Shown here in pieces: positions 8,493 to 16,200 of a stretch of 64,000 nt of DNA; positions within the stretch are counted from its first letter, which is position 1; each line of letters opens with the position of its first letter. Under the pieces are notes generated by a model. It saw only the letters and a program-made list of their open reading frames with translations, made no database searches and had not been told where the DNA came from. The translations under genes and the position numbers were made by a program. The stretch is from Vicinamibacterales bacterium. Its GTDB lineage: Bacteria > Acidobacteriota > Vicinamibacteria > Vicinamibacterales > UBA8438. The stretch is from assembly GCA_965214865.1 (NCBI GenBank), contig CBDCCN010000001.1:451747-515746 (forward strand). The letters are read 5' to 3'.

Positions 8493-9776
8493 TCAGGATT
8501 CGGGCATCCGGAGCCGGCGGCAACGCGCCGCCGCCGAACCGCCGGGGAAACGGCCGGAGCGGCGGACTCGGCGCGCGGCGAGGTCTACCGCCGGACCGAT
8601 CGGGGCTGGCGGCGGCGCCCGGTCGGCAAGCCCCATCAGCCGCTCGACGACGACCCGCTGCACGGATCGCCGCACCGCCCGCTCGTAGGCCGTATCGGCC
8701 CGGGCCTCGAATCCGGCGTCGATCAGCGCGTCGAGCACCTCGCCCAGGCCGGGCAGCGTCTCGTCGAGCATGGCCTGCTCCACCAGCCGCGCCGCGCGGG
8801 CGGGGGTCAGAATCTGCGAGACGGTCAGGTCCGCCGCGACGATGGCCGGCGTCAGCGCGTCGAAGACCGGACCGGTGCGGCGCGGAAACAGCTCCCGGTG
8901 CAGGCCGTGACCCGGCGGCCGGGGCGGGATCTGCTGCAGCACGCTCTCCGGCAGCGTCAGCTCCGCCGGGTCGAGCGTGCGCAGCAGCGCGGCCAGCGCC
9001 GCGCGTTGCCGATCGCCCGCAACCGGAGTCAGCGGCACCCGGCCGTCGCTCCGCAGCGCGTAGACGTAGTCCACGCCGCCGAGGGCGGACGCCGCCGCGT
9101 CGATCTGATAGCGATGGTGCAGGTAGAGCGGCACCAGCGCCTCTTCCAGCGTCGCCAGGGGCCGGCCGGCGGGAATCGCGCTCTCGCCGAAGCGGTCGAG
9201 GGCGACGCGGCGCACCTGCAGCATGCGCTCCAGTTCGCGGGCCGGATCGGTCCCGTTGGCCCACTGGTGGACCCGCGGGTGGACGGCGGTGTCCTGGTTG
9301 GTCAGGTAGCGCAGGTCTTCCTCCCACGCCTCGTCCAGCAGCCGGCGCAGCGCCGACGCCGCGTCGGCGTCCGCCGGATGGTCCCGATAGCCGTACGCGA
9401 TCGCCACCTTGTCCCACGCGCCGATGCCGACGTCGTAGGCGTCGGAGAGGTCGATCTGCGCGTCGGGCCCCAGCGTCACCAGCGGATGCGGATAGTCCAT
9501 GACCGAGATCCGCCCCCGGCTGCTCGCGTAGTAGTTGTGGCCGAGCCCCAGCGTGTGCCCGACCTCGTGGGCCGACAACTGGCGGATCCGGGCCAGGGCC
9601 AGCTCGGCCAGCGCCGGCGGCTCCTCGTCGCCGCGCAGATAGGGCGAGAGCAGCCCTTCGGCGATCAGGTAGTCCTGCCGGACGCGCAGCGACCCGAGGG
9701 TGACGTGTCCCTTGATGATCTCGCCGGTGCGTTCGGTCCGTCCTCTCGTCAGCCTCTGCAAGCGCGGCGCCGTCAA
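8493..9776 (-). pseudogene. zinc metalloprotease (DUF5117/DUF4953-type), N-terminal ~350-400 aa missing
   Basis: HEVGHTLGLGHN lies only ~70 aa from the ORF start, whereas I recall it mid-protein in ~800-aa family members. The fragment begins at ...TGEIIKGHVTLGSLRVRQDY. A short further family-like piece (APDGIDIRD) lies upstream in another frame (to ~9880). No signal peptide or plausible start. Confidence 0.6.
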
Positions 9777-9910
9777 TCCCGAATGTCGATGCCGTCCGGG
9801 GCGACAGCGAGTCCCGAAGGCACGTTCGGTCTGCGTCCCCTGCTTGCAATGCCTTGGCGTGACCCGGCGTGACGACGCGCAGCAACAAGCTTGGGGAACG
9901 GCGTCGCGGA

Positions 9911-9976
9911 CTACTCGAGATCGGAGAACGACACGTCCCGGGCCCGGAAAGCGCGGTCAGCAGACGCCCCGCGTTC
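9911..9976 (-). repeat. relic of a CMD-family gene 3' end (...AFRARDVSFSDLE*), ~85% identical to 7129..7195
   Basis: ctactcgagatcggagaacgacacgtcccgggcccggaaagcgcggtcagcagacgccccgcgttc aligns with ctacttgagatcggcgaacgacacgtcgcgcgcccggaacgccgcggtcagcaggcggcccgcgttc, with a few mismatches and one 1-nt gap. No gene body precedes it. Confidence 0.75.
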
Positions 9977-10044
9977 GCGCGACGGGGACGTCCAGCGGGC
10001 CTCCAATCGGGGACCCGAAGTGGGAACCTGCGTGCGTCGAACCG

Positions 10045-10980
10045 TCAGTCGCGGAACGGCTCGGATTCGTGGACTACCACCCGGAAGCGCCGGAAGCGGC
10101 TGTAGGTGGCGGTGCCGTCGACGCGCGAGCGGCTCCGGCGATTGCTGTACCGCTCCCGCATCTCGACCGGCACGAGGTGGTCCAGCGCTTCGGGCTGCTC
10201 GTAGCGCACGGTGACCAGCGACTCGACGTCGTCGTCCTCGATAGCGAGCTCGGTGACCAGCACGCGGCCCGCGGCCGGCTCGATCCAGTAGCGGCCCCGC
10301 GCCGGCAGATTGCCGCCCCGACGGCGGCGGATGACGGTGGTCGGCCACGTTTCCCGGAACGCGACCACCCAGACGTCGCGGTCCGGCCCGTCGATGCCCA
10401 GGCTCGGCGATCGGTCCCGCACGCGCTCGAACTCGAACCGCGGCTTGTACGACTGACGCAGGAAGAGCAGGGCCAGGGTCGGCGTGTTCGTGTTGCGCTG
10501 GACGTCGCCGACGTTGTAGCGCGCGCTGTCGGTCAGGATGCCCTGTACCTGCCGGTCCAGCGTGGCCGCGCCTTCGAGAAAGAGCTGGGTCAACCGCTCT
10601 TCGCGGTCACGCACCCGGCTGCCGTTGGCCTCGAAGACGTCCCGGAAGCCGAAGTACCGCTCCGAGCCTTCCGGCCGCACGAGCAGGTAGTCGGACCGTA
10701 GCGTGACCCGCTCGTAGGAGTCGGTCCCGAACCGCCCGAACCCCGCCTGCGACGAGGCTCGCTGCTGGTAGCGCTCCTCCATCACGACGCCGGAAAGCTG
10801 CGCATGGAGCGCTTCGACGTACCCGGTGGCGCGGGCCAGCACGGTCGGCAGCGACGGTTCCTGCGCGCGGCTCGCCGGCGGCGACGCGACCCCCTGCGCC
10901 AGCCCGGCGCTGATCGCCAGCGCCGCGAGCCAGCGGATCCGCAGGCCGGCGACTGCGCGTCCGACATCTCGTCCCTGCAT
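10045..10980 (-). CDS. exported conserved hypothetical protein
   Basis: Track ORF 10045..10989. ATG 10980 is preceded by GGGAGG. The N-terminus is signal-like (LRIRWLAALAISAGLAQG). Non-shadow composition. No family recognised. Confidence 0.65.
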   Translation of the reverse strand: MQGRDVGRAVAGLRIRWLAALAISAGLAQGVASPPASRAQEPSLPTVLARATGYVEALHAQLSGVVMEERYQQRASSQAGFGRFGTDSYERVTLRSDYLLVRPEGSERYFGFRDVFEANGSRVRDREERLTQLFLEGAATLDRQVQGILTDSARYNVGDVQRNTNTPTLALLFLRQSYKPRFEFERVRDRSPSLGIDGPDRDVWVVAFRETWPTTVIRRRRGGNLPARGRYWIEPAAGRVLVTELAIEDDDVESLVTVRYEQPEALDHLVPVEMRERYSNRRSRSRVDGTATYSRFRRFRVVVHESEPFRD

Positions 10981-11060
10981 CGAGGCCACCTCCCTGCGAC
11001 TATACCGACGGCTGCGGCGTTCGGCCAGCGCGGACCGGTTGGCCGTATCGGCGAGTGCGG

Positions 11061-12866
11061 TCAGGCGGTCGGACGGGAGGCCGGCCGCGGCACGGCAGCG
11101 GCCCGCACCAGTTCCCAGCCGTGGAACACCAGCGCCAAGCCGGTGAACCGCGCCGTCCGGTACTCCCGGCGCAGCGTCTCGTCAGCCAGATACCGGGGCA
11201 GTTGCGCCGCCGCCTCTTCCGCCGCCGCATCCACCGCCCGCTCGTCCTGCTCGCCCCGCTTGACGTACTTGAGCTCGATCACGTAGCCGTGGCCCATGTC
11301 CGGAAAGCTGACCAGGTTCGGCGCCAGACAGATGTCGGCATAGCCCTTGCCGAGCTCCCGCTCGGAGTGGAACACGAAGTGCTCCGTGGCGCCCAGGTAG
11401 GCCGCCAGGAAGCCTTGCAGCACCTTCTCTCCGGCGATGTAGTCGCGGATGCCCGTCTGGCGGGCGATGGCCTCCGCCAGGTAGTCGAGCACCGGGCGCC
11501 ACGCGCCGCGGTAGGCCATCCCGTGGATGCGACGCTCCAGCGCGTAGAAGTCGGCGGCGAACGCGCCGACATCCTCGAACCCCTCGCGCAGGTGGCCGTA
11601 CAGCAGCCGCCTGACGGTCTGGTTGGGGATGCCCAGGCGCGGCATGCCCTCGACCGTCCCGCGGATGCTGAGCAGGCCGAAGTAGTGCAGCAGGGAGAGG
11701 AAGTGCTCGCGCTCGCTCAGCCGCTGCAGCGGAAAGCTGGCGCGGATGCGGCTGTCCGCCTGTTCCTCCGCGATCAAGTGGCGGAGCAGGTCGAAGTTGC
11801 CGTTCAGCTCGGCCTCGCCCTTCGGGACGTACTCCTGCGCGCTCGCCTGGCGGTCGACCAGCAGCAGGTGGCGCAGCTTGCCGTAGTCGATGCGGACGTT
11901 GTGGTCGATCAGGTCGCGGGGCGCGCCCCGGTTCGCAATCGACTCCCGCAGGTAGTGGAGCACCATGTCGGTGTTGTAGACGTCGCTCGTCACTCCTTCG
12001 GCGAAGCGGTAGCCGTCGTACCACTTGCGCATCACGTCCAGCGCGGCGTCGACGTCCTGGTCGAGGGCGCCGTGGTAGCGGTACGTCCGGAGGACGTCCC
12101 GCACCTCGCCCTCGGTGAAACCGAGCATCTCGTTGAACCCAGGCCGCAGACTGATGTTCGTGCCGATGTTGAAGCCGCTGGTGACGTCGTCCATGGTGAT
12201 CGGCGAGACGCCGGTGACGAACAGCCGCTCGACGGATCCGGTCTGGGTCGTGCCGGCCTTCAGGGTGCCGAAGAAGTTGCGGAAGAAGCCGCCGCCGTGG
12301 GTGAACGAATGGTACGCGTCGGCGCCCTGGTGGGCGAGGATGGTGTTGGCGAAGTTGTCGTACTCGTCGATCAGCACGTACAGCGGGATGTCGTGGTCGC
12401 CGACATACAGAAACAGCTCGTCGAGCTGGCCGGTGATCGACGGCCGCCCGAGGATGGCGCGCGCCGCCTCCCCGTCGAACAGGTCCCGATTGCGGCGCAG
12501 CGCGTACCGCAGATGGCTGGTGCAGTAGTCCTCGAAGTGCTCCTCCAACGTCGGCAACGCCTGCTTGAACGCCGAGAAGTCGAAGTACAGCACGACGTAG
12601 CGGCTCTGGTTGCCCGTCGGCTCCCGGCCGACGTCGGTGCCGGCAAAAACGGCCTCGAAGTCCTTGACCTGAGTGCGGTCGTAGTAGGCGTTCAGCATCG
12701 TCAGCCACAGCGACTTGCCGAACCGCCGCGGCCGGATGAAGAACACGAAGCGCTCCTGCTCCAACGTGCGGACGAAGCGCGTCTTGTCCACGTAGAGGCA
12801 GCCGTCGAGACGAATCCCGCGGAAGTTGCCTCGCCCGTAGGGAATCGGCGGGTACTGCGCCGGCAC
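11061..12866 (-). CDS. AAA-ATPase-like + PD-(D/E)XK nuclease family protein (PF09820/PF08011-type)
   Basis: 601 aa with a GTG start. N-terminal YVDKTRFVRTLEQERFVFFIRPRRFGKSL and C-terminal ELGKGYADICL...GYVIELKY are the hallmarks of this two-domain family as I recall it. Confidence 0.85.
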   Translation of the reverse strand: MPAQYPPIPYGRGNFRGIRLDGCLYVDKTRFVRTLEQERFVFFIRPRRFGKSLWLTMLNAYYDRTQVKDFEAVFAGTDVGREPTGNQSRYVVLYFDFSAFKQALPTLEEHFEDYCTSHLRYALRRNRDLFDGEAARAILGRPSITGQLDELFLYVGDHDIPLYVLIDEYDNFANTILAHQGADAYHSFTHGGGFFRNFFGTLKAGTTQTGSVERLFVTGVSPITMDDVTSGFNIGTNISLRPGFNEMLGFTEGEVRDVLRTYRYHGALDQDVDAALDVMRKWYDGYRFAEGVTSDVYNTDMVLHYLRESIANRGAPRDLIDHNVRIDYGKLRHLLLVDRQASAQEYVPKGEAELNGNFDLLRHLIAEEQADSRIRASFPLQRLSEREHFLSLLHYFGLLSIRGTVEGMPRLGIPNQTVRRLLYGHLREGFEDVGAFAADFYALERRIHGMAYRGAWRPVLDYLAEAIARQTGIRDYIAGEKVLQGFLAAYLGATEHFVFHSERELGKGYADICLAPNLVSFPDMGHGYVIELKYVKRGEQDERAVDAAAEEAAAQLPRYLADETLRREYRTARFTGLALVFHGWELVRAAAVPRPASRPTA

Positions 12867-13269
12867 ACAGCCAGTTTACCTCACCGGCCCTGCCGCGGCC
12901 TCACACCCTCACCCCCGGTCGCCGACCGCGGCCTCGACGAGGGACCGGGGCGTTCGACAGGTGAACCCAGCGTGGCCGCCTGTATCGACGGCCTCCGTGT
13001 ACGTACATCTCGACGAGGAGGACTCGGGGCGCTCGACGGGCGAACCGGCCCCGCCCTGGCCAAATGGGCAAAAGCGCCCGTCAACTTGGTAACATGGGCT
13101 GGTAACGCGATTCGATATTCGCCATGGTCTCGGCCATGGCGTGTCGGGACACGGAAGCCCGAACGGTTGCCGAAGGGGCTTCGCTGCCCGGGCGGCCGTC
13201 CTGGCGACGGCTGTATGAGCAGGCGCGAGGTCGTGCCGAGGCGGCGGAAGCGCGGTCGGAAGCACTGAA
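12867..13269. promoter_or_regulatory. divergent intergenic region between the PD-(D/E)XK gene and the giant helicase gene
   Basis: Assigned by position only (403 nt between divergent starts). A locally AT-richer core at 13081-13125 carries a direct repeat TGGTAAC at 13087 and 13100. No promoter consensus could be assigned with confidence. Confidence 0.3.
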
Positions 13270-16200
13270 GTGGGCGGAGGTGAAGCCGGACGGCGCGTGA
13301 GTAGCGGAGCGGCCGACGCCCCGCCGGACCCCGGCCGGGCCGCGTCGCAGGATGACGCCTCCTTCCGGCCGCCCTGCGTCTCCTTGGATCTCGAGGTCGG
13401 CAGGGACGACAGGATCCATGCCCTCGGGGCAGTGCGGGCTGATACCGGCCGCAGTCTGACGCATTCGGGCGGCGGTCTGGCCGACGCGCTGGAAAGGCTG
13501 GACGACTTCGCCGCGGGCGCGTCCTTCCTGCTGGGACACAACCTGATTGCCTTCGACCTGCCCCGCCTGGAGGCGGCGAAACCGGCCCTCCGGCTTCTGA
13601 AACTCCCGGCCGTCGACACGCTGCGTCTCAGCCCGCTCGCCTTCCCCCGCAACCCCTATCACAGTCTCGTCAAGCACTACCAGGACGGCGGTCTGAAGCG
13701 CGGCCGGGTGAACGATCCCGAGATCGACTCCCGCATTGCGCTGAAGCTCTACGGCGACGAGTGCGAGGCGCTGGCGAAGGCCGCACCGGACCTGCTCGCC
13801 GCATGGCACTGGCTGTGCACCCCCGAGCCCGGGGGCGTGGACCGCGCCCTGGACGGGCTCTTCTGCCGGCTTCGGAGGGCGGACCGGCCGTCGCGGACGG
13901 CGGCTGGGGCGGCGATCGGACAGCGGCTGGAGAACGCCGCCTGCGCGACCCGGGCACGCGATGTCGTTGCGCAAGCGGACCAACTCGGCTGGCCGCTGGC
14001 CTATGCCCTGGCATGGCTCTCCGTGGCGGGCGGCAACTCGGTGATGCCGCCCTGGGTGCGCCACCGGTTTCCGGAAGCGGGGCGACTGGTGCGCCGCCTC
14101 AGGGACGCCGCCTGCACCGATCCGGCCTGCGGCTGGTGCCGGGAGCGCCATGACGCGGTCAGGGAGCTGAAACGCTGGTTCGGTTATGACGGTTTTCGTC
14201 CCGAGCCGGCGGATGCCGACGGCAGACCCATGCAGCAGGCCATCGTCGAGGAGGCGATGGCGGGAAGACATGTTCTGGGCATCTTGCCCACCGGGACGGG
14301 GAAGTCGCTCTGCTACCAGATCCCCGCGCTGTCGCGCTACGACAAGACCGGTGCGCTGACGGTCGCGATATCGCCCCTGGTCGCCCTGATGGCGGACCAG
14401 GTGGCCGGCCTGGAGCAGCGCGGCATCGGCTGCTGCGTGACCGTCAACGGGCTGCTGTCGATGCCGGAGCGGGGCGGCGCCCTGGACCGGATCCGGCTGG
14501 GAGACGCCGGCATCCTGCTGATCTCGCCGGAGCAGTTGCGCTCGCGCTCCCTGCGGCGGGTTCTGGACCAGCGCGAGATCGGCGCCTGGGTGCTGGACGA
14601 GGCGCACTGCCTGTCGAGCTGGGGTCACGACTTCCGGCCCGACTACCGCTATGTGGGGCGTTTCATCCGCGAGAAAGCAGGTGAAGGACCGATACCTCCG
14701 GTCCTGTGCCTGACCGCGACCGCCAAACCCGATGTCGTCGGGGACATCGCCCGGCACTTTCGGAACGAACTCGGTATCGAACTGGCCGTGTTCGACGGCG
14801 GCGCGGAACGCGCCAATCTCGCCTTCGAGGTGATCCCGACCACGGGAGGAAAGAAGTTCTCGGACATCCTTCAGGCCCTGACGTTTCATCTGCCGCCCGA
14901 CGCGCAGGGCGGCGCGATCGTCTACTGCGCGACGCGGCAGCAGAGCGAGGACGTCGCGGAATACCTTCAGTCGAAGGGGGTCGCCGCGGACCGTTTCCAC
15001 GCGGGCCTGCCTCCGGAGACGAAGAAGGAGGTGCAGCGGCGCTTCATCGCCGGCGAGTTGCACGCGATCGCGGCCACCAACGCGTTCGGGATGGGGATCG
15101 ACAAGCCGGACGTGCGGCTGGTCGTCCACGCCGACATACCGGGCTCGCTCGAGAACTATCTCCAGGAGGCCGGCCGCGCAGGGCGCGACCGCGACCCGGC
15201 GCGCTGCGTTCTGCTCTATGCGGCGAACGACGTCGAGCGCCAGTTCGGCATGTCGGCGCGCTCGCGTCTCACCCGCGCGGAGATCCACGGGATCCTGAGA
15301 GCCCTGCGCAATCTCGACCGGAAGAAGCGCTTCGACGGCGACGTGGTGGCGACCGCCGGCGAGATCCTCGGGGAGGACGAGGAGAAGGTATTCGAACGCG
15401 ACTCCGCGACCGACGACACCCGGGTGCGCACCGCCGTCGCCTGGCTGGAGGAGTCGCAACTCCTCACCCGCGAGGAGAATGTCGTGCAGGTGTTCCCGTC
15501 CTCGCTCCGGGTGAGTACGGTCGACGAGGCCGAACGGCGGCTCGCCAACGCAAGGATCGCGGATGTGTATCGCAGGCAGCTTCTGCTGATCGCGGAAGCT
15601 CTGATCGGCGCGGGCGCCGACGAGGGGGTGAGCACGGACGAGCTGATGGGGATCTCGGGGCTGAGTCCGGAACGGGTGCGCGGCGCCCTGTACGACCTGG
15701 AGCGGTTCGGCATCGCCGACAACGACACGGCGCTGACCGCGTTCGTCCACACCGGCGTGCACCGCTCGTCGCGGAAACGCCTCGAAGAGGCGGTTGCCTT
15801 GGAGACCGCTCTCATCGCCCACATGCAGGAGGCCGCTCCCGACCTCGGAAAGGGAGACAGTTCGTCACTCCACCTGCGTATCGCCGCCCAGGTGCTGCGG
15901 GACCGGGGTCTGGCCGATCCGCTGCCGGAACTGCTGTTCCGGATCGTCCGGAGCATCGCCTTCGACGGAAGGGGCGAGGACCATGGCGCCGCGGGCAGCC
16001 TCACGGTCCGCAAGCGGGATGCGGAGACCGCGCGGATTACGCTGAACCGCGAATGGGTCGCACTGGAGAAGACCGCCGGCATGCGCCGCGAGGCGGCCGG
16101 CCGACTGCTCGAACATCTGCTCGACTGCCTGCCGCCCGGCAGCCGTGGCACCGATCTTCTGGCAGAGACCACGCTCGGAAAACTCCTGCAGGCGATCGAG

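Noticed and set aside
7129-9888. The 919-aa track ORF treated as one gene.
   Set aside because: Only its last 268 aa (from ATG 7935, with RBS and signal peptide) form a coherent CMD-family protein. The upstream part is Arg/Ala/Gly/Pro-rich shadow sequence overlapping the protease fragment in another frame.
7129-9976. The CMD 3'-end repeats considered as attL/attR of an integrated island.
   Set aside because: The relic lies upstream of the intact CMD gene body rather than downstream of an inserted element. Identity is only ~85%, and no integrase or mobility gene lies between the copies.
13087-13117. A putative promoter/operator (TGGTAAC direct repeat plus a GATATT hexamer) upstream of the helicase gene.
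   Set aside because: The hexamers are weak and the spacing is non-canonical. I recorded it only as part of the intergenic feature, not as a defined site.
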